Below are positions 45,357-54,937 of a stretch of 64,000 nucleotides of DNA, piece by piece. Every line of letters begins with the position of its first letter. Within the stretch, counting starts at the first letter, position 1. The notes below the pieces were generated by a model. The model was given only the letters and a program-made list of their open reading frames with translations, did no database searches and was not told the origin of the DNA. The DNA is from Alphaproteobacteria bacterium (GTDB lineage Bacteria > Pseudomonadota > Alphaproteobacteria > Rs-D84). The stretch lies in assembly GCA_009783145.1 (NCBI GenBank), contig WRHR01000001.1, positions 492 through 64,491 on the forward strand, in the 5' to 3' direction. A program made the position numbers and the translations under genes.

Positions 45357-45563
45357 AACAAGTCTCCTTTCCTTCCCCGAAAGAGTTATTTGTCCCGCTA
45401 ATTAGCGATTTGTGTTTCGTTGTGTTACGAATGGAATTTATATCAAAAAAACCGAATAGCAAATTTTTTTAACGTTTTTTTGAAAAATTTTTTTCTTGTG
45501 TCCGATTCGGTTTTTTGCCGGTTTTCCGCGCATTGTATAGACACTGTATTGACATCCGACGGA

Positions 45564-46580
45564 TTATATTTTCACATATCCCGTATCCAGTTTTTTAATT
45601 CTTCCAGACAGTTCCAAGGCGACCAATTCGCTCTTGATTTCGGATATCGGTTTTTTGACAAGTTCGGTCAATACAGACTCGGATACGGGAACTGTTCCTA
45701 TCTTATCAAGAACGTCGTTATCCGTCATTTGCGATTTATGTCTTATGCTTTCAGTTTTCTCGATATCGTCGAAAAAATCGGAAATTCCCATGCAAAGCCT
45801 CGCCTTGCCATCCTTTATCAACTGATTCGGACCGCGAGAGCGTTCGTCAGACGGATGCCCTGGAATCGCAAAGACCGAGCGCCCGTATTCCAGCGCAAAT
45901 CCGGCGGTCGCCATGCTGCCTGATTTCAAATCCGCCTCGCCCAATATCAGTTTTTCGGAAATTGCCGCGATTCCCCTATTTCGTCGAATAAAGTTGCTTG
46001 CGACCGGAACGGTGCCGACCGGCATTCTGCTTATTATCGCGCCTCGCTCGCATATATAGTGATACAGACGCTCGTTTTCAAGGGGCCAGATATAATCAAC
46101 TCCGCCGGCCAAGACCGCGATAGTTTGCTGGTCGCCTGCTGCGCGCAAAGCGCCGCTATGCGCGGCCGTATCCGTGCCCATTGCCATGCCGGATGCCACC
46201 GCATAGCCGTTTGATGCGAAAGCCTCCGCAAGTTCCGACATAAACCGCAGGCCGGCGGCGGTCGCGTTACGCGTGCCGACCATTGCGACGGCAGTCTTTG
46301 CCAAGGTCGCAAGATTCCCGCGCGCAGTGAAAATCGGCGGATGATTTTTTATCTCGCGAAATAACTTCGGATACTCTTCGCTGTCGTCGCATATATATGT
46401 CACGCCAATCCGGTGCGCCAAGTCCATCTCACGCGCTACCTGCTCAACCAGCGTTTGGTCGGTCAGCAAAGATTCGGCCGCCGCGGCCGCGGAGCCGAAT
46501 TGTTCTATAAGCTGCGCATATTTCACAGGTCCGATTCCCGGCGTCCTTAAGATTAAAAGCTTATGAAACAAATCAGACAT
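45564..46580 (-). CDS. dprA: DNA-processing protein DprA (Smf)
   Basis: Rossmann-like DprA core VGTRNATAAGLRFMSELAEAFASNGYAVASGMAMGTDTAAHSGAL. Confidence 0.85.
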   Translation of the reverse strand: MSDLFHKLLILRTPGIGPVKYAQLIEQFGSAAAAAESLLTDQTLVEQVAREMDLAHRIGVTYICDDSEEYPKLFREIKNHPPIFTARGNLATLAKTAVAMVGTRNATAAGLRFMSELAEAFASNGYAVASGMAMGTDTAAHSGALRAAGDQQTIAVLAGGVDYIWPLENERLYHYICERGAIISRMPVGTVPVASNFIRRNRGIAAISEKLILGEADLKSGSMATAGFALEYGRSVFAIPGHPSDERSRGPNQLIKDGKARLCMGISDFFDDIEKTESIRHKSQMTDNDVLDKIGTVPVSESVLTELVKKPISEIKSELVALELSGRIKKLDTGYVKI

Positions 46581-47223
46581 TTATTGCAATCATTATCCCG
46601 GTCAGAATCAATCCGACTATAACCAGCACAATCGCCAGCTTTTTTATATTCATCTGCATCTTCGATTCCGTGCCGGCCAACAACCTTTTTATATTCTCGC
46701 GATGCTGGAACAGACACAGCGCGGCAATAGCAACGAAAACCAAGCCCATATTAAAACCGACCGCAAACCCCAAAAGCGGCATGACAAGAAATCCGACTAT
46801 CGCCCCAAGGCTGGAATACCTTGTAGTAATGGCAACCAGCAGCCATTCGATTCCGACCACGATGAACATAATCGGGTTTACAGCCAGCAGAACGCCGAAC
46901 ATGCCGGCGTTTCCCTTGCCGCCGCGGAACTTCAGCCATATCGGAAAGCAATGCCCGAAGATGGCGAAAAATCCGCATAGCGCGCCGAATGCGGGAGATA
47001 TGAAATGCGCGCCAATCATAACGGCGGCGATCGTCTTTGCCATATCAAGCGCCCAGACGCCGACAAAGCCGGAAAGTCCCAAGACTCTGCCGACATTGGT
47101 TGCGCCGGTACCGCCGCTGCCGATTTTACGCAAATCGCCCCGCCCCAGCAGTTTTACCAATAACCATCCGAACGGAATGCTGCCCAGCAGATAGGCGGCC
47201 GCCAACAAAATTGCATAAATCAT
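46573..47223 (-). CDS. plsY: Glycerol-3-phosphate acyltransferase PlsY
   Basis: MIYAILLAAAYLLGSIPFGWLL...GSGGTGATNV... matches PlsY motifs. Confidence 0.9.
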   Translation of the reverse strand: MIYAILLAAAYLLGSIPFGWLLVKLLGRGDLRKIGSGGTGATNVGRVLGLSGFVGVWALDMAKTIAAVMIGAHFISPAFGALCGFFAIFGHCFPIWLKFRGGKGNAGMFGVLLAVNPIMFIVVGIEWLLVAITTRYSSLGAIVGFLVMPLLGFAVGFNMGLVFVAIAALCLFQHRENIKRLLAGTESKMQMNIKKLAIVLVIVGLILTGIMIAINV

Positions 47224-47286
47224 TTGCTTTTCTCCTTTGTTGAATATAGAATAGCACCGAACTTGCAACAAATAAAAGGACAAAAA

Positions 47287-47547
47287 GTGGCAAATCATAA
47301 ATCATCCAAGAAACGTATTCTGATAACGGTAAAGAAGAACGCCGTTAATACGGCGCGCCGCACGGCTACGAAAACAGCGGTGAAAAAGGCAGTGAAAGCG
47401 ATCGAAAGCGGCGATAAGCAGCTCGCGACCGCGGCGACCCGCGCAGCGGAAAGCAAGCTGATGAAGGCGGCGAAAAAAACTATGCCGAAAAAGCGCGCCA
47501 GCCGCAAAGTCTCGCGCCTGACCAAGAAAGCGAATGCGATCAAATAA
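47287..47547 (+). CDS. rpsT: 30S ribosomal protein S20 (GTG start)
   Basis: ANHKSSKKRILITVKKNAVNTARRTATKTAVKKAVKAIESGDK.... RBS aaagga. Terminator at 47548-47576. Confidence 0.9.
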   Translation: MANHKSSKKRILITVKKNAVNTARRTATKTAVKKAVKAIESGDKQLATAATRAAESKLMKAAKKTMPKKRASRKVSRLTKKANAIK

Positions 47548-47590
47548 AAATCCCGCCAACCGCGGGATTTTTTGTTAAATCTTTATTCTT

Positions 47591-48757
47591 TTATCCTTTC
47601 TGCCTTGCCGCAGCGGCCAGTCTTGCGATCTCGTCTTTCATTTCAGGATATTTTCCTTTAAGCGCCAAGATTTTGTCCGAGATTTTCTTTTTATCGCCGC
47701 TTGCGATAACGGCGTCGATTCCTTCGTTTATTTTCTGTTTAAGTCCGGCTATCGCCTTTTCGGCCCTTTGGTCCGCCTCTACGGCGCCGAATTTGTTAGA
47801 GCCGGTGCCGACATTAGCCTTGGCCCGCGCCCGAAGCAATTCCGTTTTATACTCGGCCGGGTCTTGGCCCAATAAATTTCCAAGCTTTTTATAATCCAGC
47901 TTGTACTTGGCCAGATATTCGCCGACCGTTTTTTCATTTTCTTTTTTCGCATTGGCGATGGCGTTGTTATATCCACTTTCGATGGTTTTCAGATTAGCGC
48001 CTTTCAAAAGTTCTTCCCCGACGGTCTTGCACAGCTCTTTGTCTTTCAATCCTTTCAAATGTTTATCCGCCGTATCGTTGAATCCTTTGATTTTAAGCTT
48101 CAAGGTTTCGCGGCGCAATTTCGTGGATTTCAGCAAGCCGGCTTTTTCCGTTTTCATACCCAGCGGCCGCCTGTTCGCCATCATGTCGCCCAGCGCTTTT
48201 ACCCCTGTGGACGTGGTGAGATCCGAGATATTATCTTTGGTAAATATATTCGGCGCGAGCTTCCTCAATTCGTCAGTCAGGGCGAAGAACAGCTTTTTAT
48301 CTTGTTCTATTACCGGAATATTTTTATCTTGGGGCATCTTGCTGATTATTTCATTAAGCCTGGCCTGCACCTTGGCGCTGTATTCGTTATACTCGTCCAC
48401 TATCGGCTTTGTCTTGGCGATTAGCATCGGGGCATTGGTCGAATGACCTTCTTTCACCAAGTCGTTCCAATAATCAAGAGATAATTGCATTTGCTCGAAT
48501 AATTCTTTCAAGGCGACGACATCCCCGCCGGTGATTCCGGCATTTTTCAATTCATCCCAGAATTGCTGTAATTTATTAAACGAGATTTCGCCGCTTGCCG
48601 TGGTTCCCGCCTCGGCCCAGTTATATATAATATGATTGGCCCCTATCCCCCGCTGCCTTGGTTCCACTTTGTATTTTTTATCCACCGCATGCTTCATCAG
48701 CGCGTATATCTGCAAATCATCATGAATTATCCCAAAGGCTTCCAAATTGTCTTTCAT
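47591..48757 (-). CDS. Hypothetical Lys-rich protein (about 389 aa)
   Basis: Long clean ORF with no signal peptide and no recognised family. Confidence 0.4.
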   Translation of the reverse strand: MKDNLEAFGIIHDDLQIYALMKHAVDKKYKVEPRQRGIGANHIIYNWAEAGTTASGEISFNKLQQFWDELKNAGITGGDVVALKELFEQMQLSLDYWNDLVKEGHSTNAPMLIAKTKPIVDEYNEYSAKVQARLNEIISKMPQDKNIPVIEQDKKLFFALTDELRKLAPNIFTKDNISDLTTSTGVKALGDMMANRRPLGMKTEKAGLLKSTKLRRETLKLKIKGFNDTADKHLKGLKDKELCKTVGEELLKGANLKTIESGYNNAIANAKKENEKTVGEYLAKYKLDYKKLGNLLGQDPAEYKTELLRARAKANVGTGSNKFGAVEADQRAEKAIAGLKQKINEGIDAVIASGDKKKISDKILALKGKYPEMKDEIARLAAAARQKG

Positions 48758-49001
48758 TTTTTGTCCTTTTATAATAAAAACCTTCTCTCCTTTGTTTAAG
48801 ATTATATCATAAATTGTCAAAAAAGAAAATCGCGGCAACGCCGCGACAAAAAATCGAATTATTCACATTCAGTGTATCAAATGCGTGCGGGGAAAGATGG
48901 TGTAGCGTACAAAGACGTACGTGAGCCATCCCGGGCCCCAACGAAATCGAAGATTTCGGTGGGTGGATATTTCCCCGCGCGCAGGTGTTCCGGTGAGATA
49001 A

Positions 49002-49478
49002 TTACTTCTTCACCCCGTACTGGGCGACGCCGATTGTCAGCCCGCCGGGAATCTGATATATTCCGAATTTCATACCGGCCGCATATTCGCCGACCAGCAT
49101 CGCGGTTGCGCCGTCCGCAATAATTTTCGCATGCGTCGCATCATAATCTTTCACGGTTAGATATACCATCGTATGGGGAGGCACCTTCGCCTCTATCGGC
49201 AATTTGGTCACATCCATAACACCCGCGAAAGGCCAGAATTGTCCCTTTGCCTTCAGGCTGAAATAATCCATTCCGTTGTTTTCCGCCCCGTCCGCAAATT
49301 TTTCAGCCCCAATTCCAAAATTATCGGCCAAGAACTTCATCGTTTCCGCCGGCGCATCGGAATAGAATTCCGTCCAGGATGCCGCGCCTTCGTTTTTCAT
49401 CGGATTGGCGCGTATGAACACCCACACGCCGGCGATGACGATTGCCAATAAAACGTAAAATCCTATTTTGTAGAACAT
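49002..49478 (-). CDS. Hypothetical protein anchored by an N-terminal TM segment
   Basis: MFYKIGFYVLLAIVIAGVWVFI... followed by a soluble domain. Unknown family. Confidence 0.4.
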   Translation of the reverse strand: MFYKIGFYVLLAIVIAGVWVFIRANPMKNEGAASWTEFYSDAPAETMKFLADNFGIGAEKFADGAENNGMDYFSLKAKGQFWPFAGVMDVTKLPIEAKVPPHTMVYLTVKDYDATHAKIIADGATAMLVGEYAAGMKFGIYQIPGGLTIGVAQYGVKK

Positions 49479-49495
49479 GGTTTATCCTTTTTGGT

Positions 49496-49523
49496 GTTCC
49501 CCTCCTGTGGAGGGGAATCGCGA
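49496..49523. repeat. Palindrome GTTCCCCTCCTGTGGAGGGGAA, a copy of the 13860/14005 element ends
   Basis: Seen directly. Confidence 0.6.
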
Positions 49524-49533
49524 CCCCACCTAA

Positions 49534-51102
49534 TTAATTCAACGGTGCGCCCCAGTGCTGTTGTATTCTGCGTTCCGCATCAAGCGGAGATATCAATACC
49601 TGCGGCGTCAGAATCACGACCAGCACGTCGCGCGTGCTGCTGGAATCGCGGCTTCCCGACAACGCTATGAAGTCCGGATCGCCGATGCCATAGCGCGTAT
49701 CGTTATTAGCATGCCGTTCGAATCCCGACAGAACCAGAATCTGGCCGGATTCCATGACCACTTCCTGCATAAAGCTGCGCTCTTCCACTTCGGGCAATTG
49801 CAGCGTTACGGCGCCTATCGTCTCGTTCCTAAGCGCTATCAATTCCCGTATGCTCATTTTGAACAGCAGCAAGACCTTGCCGTTATCCAATACGTTCGGC
49901 AGCAGCTGCATCGAGAATCCGGTTTCCAAATCTTCCTGGTCCACTGTGGAGCTTTCCACAGTCGTAAAGTTGCGCGATTCAAACCGTTTGATGTATCCGC
50001 GCTTTCTGGTGTTGGATACCGGCGCGATGCGGTTGTTGCGCGTGGTGACTCCGACATTGGTCACAAGCGAAACTTTGCCTTGCGTCGACAAGGCCGTAAT
50101 CAGCGCCTTGCTGCCTTGTATGGTGTCCAGGCTGCCGTTGGCCGTTCCTGCTGCATTGGCCCCCAGAACCGCGATATTCAACGTATTCGCATTGGATACG
50201 GCTCCTAAGGTATTTGACGGCTCCGCCGCAATGGTAAGGCCGGATGCCGCATTAATCGCCGCGGCCAGATTCAGGCCGAACGCCGATCCGTTATTTATCG
50301 ATACCTGCAAGACTTTCACGTCGATCGTTATCAACTGCGCCAAGCGCCTGTTCTGTCTTGTTATATAATCGCCGACGCGGTTCAACACGCTTGGGGGCGC
50401 CGTCACCGTGATCGTGCCAAGTGCGCGCGACACCGTGAACTTGGCGTCGGCAGCTCCGTCAACGATTGATTCCAAAGTCTTTTCAACTTCTTCCCACTCG
50501 CGCAGGTTCGATTCCAAGGATACCTGGTTTCCGTCATCCGTGCGTATCGCCGACTGATAGCTTACGTCGGTCCCCAAGGCGAACAAGGCAAAAGTCCTGG
50601 TCTCGGTCTCGTAAAACACTATGTTGGTTTTGTCATAGTACCACAGCAGGTCCAAGTCCGTCGCGACCTGGGACAGCAGTCCGGACAAGCGCCCCGTATA
50701 GGCGACGCCCATCGTGCGTTTTAATTTTTCCTGATTTATCTGGCTGTCTATCTTGATCGGCAAGCCCGTGATGGAGTATATATTGTTGGCCAATATCTGC
50801 AGAGTCACCGGCTCGTTCAACATAATCGTGATTCCGGCGTCGTTCTCGAACTTGCGCGGCAGATTGTTTCTGTGCTCCAAGACTGTCGACCTGTTGCCCA
50901 GCCAGACGCCTTCGGAAGCGGACACGGTATCGTTGGAAATTTTCGCTTTCGGATTTTTAGACATCTCGAAAGCGTCGAACGCATTGATGAAATCCTGATC
51001 GATTGTCGACGCGACCTGAGCGCTTTCCTTTTTGGCGCAGCCGCCAAGCCAGAGCACAGAGCATAGAGCACAGAGCACAGATATTTTTATAATTTTTTTC
51101 AT
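49534..51102 (-). CDS. Secretin-family outer-membrane lipoprotein (type IV pilus / T2SS secretin)
   Basis: Lipobox LGGC. C-terminal secretin domain: ...TLQLPEVEERSFMQEVVMESGQILVLSGFERHANNDTRYGIGDPDFIALSGSRDSSSTRDVLVVILTPQVL. The signal peptide is built from the tandem heptamer AGAGCAC. Confidence 0.7.
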   Translation of the reverse strand: MKKIIKISVLCALCSVLWLGGCAKKESAQVASTIDQDFINAFDAFEMSKNPKAKISNDTVSASEGVWLGNRSTVLEHRNNLPRKFENDAGITIMLNEPVTLQILANNIYSITGLPIKIDSQINQEKLKRTMGVAYTGRLSGLLSQVATDLDLLWYYDKTNIVFYETETRTFALFALGTDVSYQSAIRTDDGNQVSLESNLREWEEVEKTLESIVDGAADAKFTVSRALGTITVTAPPSVLNRVGDYITRQNRRLAQLITIDVKVLQVSINNGSAFGLNLAAAINAASGLTIAAEPSNTLGAVSNANTLNIAVLGANAAGTANGSLDTIQGSKALITALSTQGKVSLVTNVGVTTRNNRIAPVSNTRKRGYIKRFESRNFTTVESSTVDQEDLETGFSMQLLPNVLDNGKVLLLFKMSIRELIALRNETIGAVTLQLPEVEERSFMQEVVMESGQILVLSGFERHANNDTRYGIGDPDFIALSGSRDSSSTRDVLVVILTPQVLISPLDAERRIQQHWGAPLN

Positions 51103-51143
51103 ATATCTCTCCCTACTAGCGACTAACGACTAGCTACTAGTGA

Positions 51144-52355
51144 CTATTCTTCGTTCGTCGTCACGACCAGAACGCGGTTGCCTTTAAAGAACTTTGCGTA
51201 TGGCACCGGATCCGCGCGGCTGAAATTTCGCACCAGCGCGGATGCCACGTCCATAAAGCGTCCTTTGAACACCGCCGAAGCCTGGATTGGATATTCGCGC
51301 GCGGTGCTCCATACCAGATCCCAGCCTTCCTTGTCGCTCCATTCCTGCAGGATGCTGCGCAAGGTCTGCCCGCTGGCGACGACCCACGAACGCACCTGGT
51401 CGTTTGCCGCGCTCCGCGCCATTGCCCCGCCCATGGATTCCTCGACCTCTATCTCGCCATAGTTCGATATGCCCGGCGCGCTTCTTTCTTCGTCCGCGAA
51501 GCCGTAAAATTCTCCGCTGTCGTCTTCGAACTCGTCATACGAACCGTCCGAGATATAGTCTCCGAACTCATCGAACGCACCGCCCATGCCGATCATGCTG
51601 TCGTCAAACGATCTGGCGCCGCCCAGCCTTATCTCATTTCCGGATTCATCGAACAGCTTGCCTCCGCCCGCCATGACATCATTCAGCGTTCTTCTGGCGA
51701 CTTTCGCATTCGTTTCATTGCCGAATTCATCGAACGAGCCGACCATGATATCATCAGGTATCGGGCCAGCGCCCGTCCATACTTCATCGCCGAATTCATC
51801 GAACACTCTGCCGTTGCTTGCCAAGACATCGGCCAGCGATATTCCGCCGGTCTCGTTGCCGAATTCATCGAACGCCCCGCTCATACCCGTGATATTATCC
51901 ATCGAACCTGCGGCGCGCTTATTCCCGACTCTTTTCACTTTTCCGCTTTTTGTGATTTTGCCTCTATCGGACCGAGACATGGCCAGAACGGCGCTGCCGT
52001 CGTCTTCCAGCATTTCCGCGTGCATCAGCGGCATTTCCGCGCGACCTTCGAACATATTGAACCCGGCGGGCGCTTGAAACGGATGAGTCATATCCGCGCC
52101 GCCTGAAAAGACATTGCGCATGCCGCCGCCCAGATTGAAGTTATTTTCCACGACAAGGTCCGCGCCAATTTTTGAAACTATGCGGACGTTTTCGGGATCT
52201 TCGGCCTGAACGACGGGATAGATTGAATCATAGAATTGAATGTCGGCCTCGGACCCCGGTGCGGGCCAAACATCGTACTGCGCCGTGGAATCTGCCGCGA
52301 AGACATACCCGCAGGCTGTCGCGAATAGCGCGAAAATCAAGAACTTTCGGAACAT
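51144..52355 (-). CDS. Secreted protein with FDEFGNE repeats and a C-terminal TcpQ-like domain. It is a type IVb pilus/secretin-associated protein.
   Basis: The C-terminus VRSWVVASGQTLRSILQEWSDKEGWDLVWSTAREYPIQASAVFKGRFMDVASALVRNF...GNRVLVVTT matches the TcpQ C-domain pattern. The gene is adjacent to the secretin. Confidence 0.55.
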   Translation of the reverse strand: MFRKFLIFALFATACGYVFAADSTAQYDVWPAPGSEADIQFYDSIYPVVQAEDPENVRIVSKIGADLVVENNFNLGGGMRNVFSGGADMTHPFQAPAGFNMFEGRAEMPLMHAEMLEDDGSAVLAMSRSDRGKITKSGKVKRVGNKRAAGSMDNITGMSGAFDEFGNETGGISLADVLASNGRVFDEFGDEVWTGAGPIPDDIMVGSFDEFGNETNAKVARRTLNDVMAGGGKLFDESGNEIRLGGARSFDDSMIGMGGAFDEFGDYISDGSYDEFEDDSGEFYGFADEERSAPGISNYGEIEVEESMGGAMARSAANDQVRSWVVASGQTLRSILQEWSDKEGWDLVWSTAREYPIQASAVFKGRFMDVASALVRNFSRADPVPYAKFFKGNRVLVVTTNEE

Positions 52356-52424
52356 TATCCTTATCCTTACCTTTTATATAGGTCTATTATAGCAATTTGT
52401 GCGAATCGCCGTCAAGGGTTATTA

Positions 52425-52535
52425 CGTGACGCGAAACGCGAAATGCGAAACGCGCGCATAATGCAACACTATATATCGTTGCACAATTTACGCATCTCGC
52501 ATTTCGCGTCACGCGTTTCGTTTTTGCATTTGCAA
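52425..52535. repeat. Heptamer-arm palindromic element (GACGCGAAACGCGAAATGCGAAACGCG ... CGCATCTCGCATTTCGCGTCACGCGTTTCG) with an inner palindrome TGCAACACTATATATCGTTGCA
   Basis: Seen directly. Confidence 0.75.
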
Positions 52536-52570
52536 AAATTTGTGTTAGAATCCACCAAAAGGATTTCTCC

Positions 52571-53104
52571 ATGGAAATGAATATCGATATTTTTTCAGTC
52601 GTCTTGATCGTGATAGGGTTTCTGACAATCGTAATGATCGCGTTGCTTTTCCGCAAGATCAATACGCTTGGGGCAAAGCTGAGCTTGCAGACGGCCGTGA
52701 TTTCAAGAATGCAAAGCGCGCTGAAATCCCGCGCGGCGACGAACGCGGTCGCTCAGAACTCCGAAATAATTTACCAGGATTTGCTGCAACATCTGATTCC
52801 AGTCGCGACGGCGGCAGGGATCGCTCCGCGCGAAACGCCCGAGCATCCTCTGTGGCAATGGGCCGGCGGACTGATGGACGAATACTCAAAAAATCCGTAC
52901 GTGCTGGAGCAAATCCGCCAGGCGATAAAATTGGACGGGGGCATCGCGCGGGCGGCGGATATTTATTCGGATCACGCGTCGAAGTTTTTGACTTACCTGA
53001 CGGCGACGGATCCGGAAGGATTGCTGGCGTCGGCGTTTTCTGACGGACTGCTGGGCCAGACGATGACCTTGCTGGCACAAGCGCGACAGCTGGCAGACAA
53101 CTAA
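52571..53104 (+). CDS. Hypothetical membrane-anchored protein
   Basis: N-terminal TM helix. Terminator at 53105-53130. Confidence 0.4.
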   Translation: MEMNIDIFSVVLIVIGFLTIVMIALLFRKINTLGAKLSLQTAVISRMQSALKSRAATNAVAQNSEIIYQDLLQHLIPVATAAGIAPRETPEHPLWQWAGGLMDEYSKNPYVLEQIRQAIKLDGGIARAADIYSDHASKFLTYLTATDPEGLLASAFSDGLLGQTMTLLAQARQLADN

Positions 53105-53140
53105 AAAACGCCCGAACGGGCGTTTTGCATAATTCAATCT

Positions 53141-53515
53141 TTATTTTAATCTATACCTTCTTACCGCATCCCTTTGGAATCGGCGGAATTCGCGTTTGGC
53201 GTCTCTGTATTCTTTTTTTGCATCTTTTGCTATCTCGCAGTTGTATCCATGTGATTGCAGTTTGCATTCCTCGTCCCAGTAAATCATCTGTTCCCGTGCA
53301 GTGTTTACTTTGTCTTCAAGACGTTTAAATGTGCGCGGTGCATCATCTTTGGCAATGTTGATGTTTTTTTCATTAAGGATAACCGGACGCATAGACGGAT
53401 CTTTTATCGTGAATATGGTATAATACAGCAATACTATCGCCGGAGAACAAATCAGCACTTGCCACCCTAAAGAAAGGTTAGCAAATTTTTTCATCGGGTT
53501 TGTTTTGTTTGACAT
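53141..53515 (-). CDS. Hypothetical small protein with a TM anchor and a basic C-terminus
   Basis: MSNKTNPMKKFANLSLGWQVLICSPAIVLLYYTIF... Confidence 0.35.
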   Translation of the reverse strand: MSNKTNPMKKFANLSLGWQVLICSPAIVLLYYTIFTIKDPSMRPVILNEKNINIAKDDAPRTFKRLEDKVNTAREQMIYWDEECKLQSHGYNCEIAKDAKKEYRDAKREFRRFQRDAVRRYRLK

Positions 53516-53605
53516 TTTTAATCCCTTTTCAATTCGGACTAACGATAGCACAACAAAGCAATTTGTCAATCGGTTTCTTGCCCGCTTTATTTTTTTGTTT
53601 TTTGA

Positions 53606-54922
53606 GTGTATGGTTATTGTGTGTTGAACAAAAAAACTATTATTTCTATCTCGCAAAAACGCAACGAGCCAAAGTGGCTGTTGGATTGGCGTCTGGCCGC
53701 GTATGATGCTTGGGAAAAAATGAGTGAGCCTCATTGGGGCGAAATTGATTATGCTCCGATTGATTATGACTCATTAAATTATTACAAGGAAGCCGCGCCG
53801 GTCGACAATTCCGACTTGGAAAAGATTTATGATAAGATGGGGCTTCCTTTGGTCGAGAAAAAAGCGCTGATGGGCATGGCGACGGATACGGTAATAGACA
53901 GCCGCAGCGTGCATACCAGCTATACTGCGGAATTGGAAAAACTGGGAATCATCTTTCTGCCGTTTTCCGAAGCAGTGGAAAAGCATCCGGACCTGGTAAA
54001 AAAATATCTGGGCATGGTGGTGCCGGCCGCGGATAATTTTTTCGCAGGCCTGAACGCGGCGGTATTTTCGGACGGGACTTTCGTTTATGTTCCAAAAAAT
54101 ACGAAATGCCCGATTGATCTGGCGTCATATTTTCGCATAGAAACCGCAAAAATCGGCCAGTTCGAACGCACTCTTATCATTGCCGATGAAGGCGCGGAAT
54201 TATCTTATCTTGAAGGCTGCAGCGCGCCGCGGCGCACAGGCCATCAACTGCACAGCGGCGTTGTGGAGGTTATCGCGCATGCAGGCGCGATTGTAAAATA
54301 TGCGACCGTGCAGAACTGGGCGCAAAGCATTTATAACTTCGTCACAAAGCGCGGGCAGTGCGATGCGGGCGCAAAACTTCTTTGGACCCAAGTTGAAATC
54401 GGCAGCGCGAAGACTTGGAAATATCCTTCGACTATTCTGACCGGTGATGGCGCGCACAGTGATTTTTACTCGCTATCAATTACTCGCGGAACGCAGCAAG
54501 CCGATACCGGCACGAAAATGATTCACATCGGAAACGATACCACGTCCAATATAGTCTCTTACGGGGTGGCGTTGGAAGAATCCGTGCAGACATTCCGTTC
54601 GCTGGTTTCATTCGGCCCAAAAACGCATGGCGGAAAAAACGCAAGCAAGTGCGACAGCCGGCTTATTGGCTCGTCCGCGGTATTGAATACCTTGCCAACA
54701 ATAATCCATGGGAACGGGGAAAATGATCAAAGCCACGAGGCAACAACCGGCGCGATTTCCGCGGACGCCCTGCTCTATCTGAATTGCGCCGGCATTGCCG
54801 AGGACGAAGCGACCGCATTAATCGTTGGCGGAATGGCGTCGCCGGTAATTTCCCGCCTGCCGATGGAGTTCTTGGTGGAATCGAAACAGCTTATACAAAT
54901 GGCTCTCGGCGCTGCCAAATAA
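53606..54922 (+). CDS. sufB: Fe-S cluster assembly protein SufB
   Basis: SufB/SufD beta-helix core ...ERTLIIADEGAELSYLEGCSAP...GAIVKYATVQNW... Confidence 0.85.
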   Translation: MYGYCVLNKKTIISISQKRNEPKWLLDWRLAAYDAWEKMSEPHWGEIDYAPIDYDSLNYYKEAAPVDNSDLEKIYDKMGLPLVEKKALMGMATDTVIDSRSVHTSYTAELEKLGIIFLPFSEAVEKHPDLVKKYLGMVVPAADNFFAGLNAAVFSDGTFVYVPKNTKCPIDLASYFRIETAKIGQFERTLIIADEGAELSYLEGCSAPRRTGHQLHSGVVEVIAHAGAIVKYATVQNWAQSIYNFVTKRGQCDAGAKLLWTQVEIGSAKTWKYPSTILTGDGAHSDFYSLSITRGTQQADTGTKMIHIGNDTTSNIVSYGVALEESVQTFRSLVSFGPKTHGGKNASKCDSRLIGSSAVLNTLPTIIHGNGENDQSHEATTGAISADALLYLNCAGIAEDEATALIVGGMASPVISRLPMEFLVESKQLIQMALGAAK

Positions 54923-54937
54923 ATCCTTTGGAATTTT

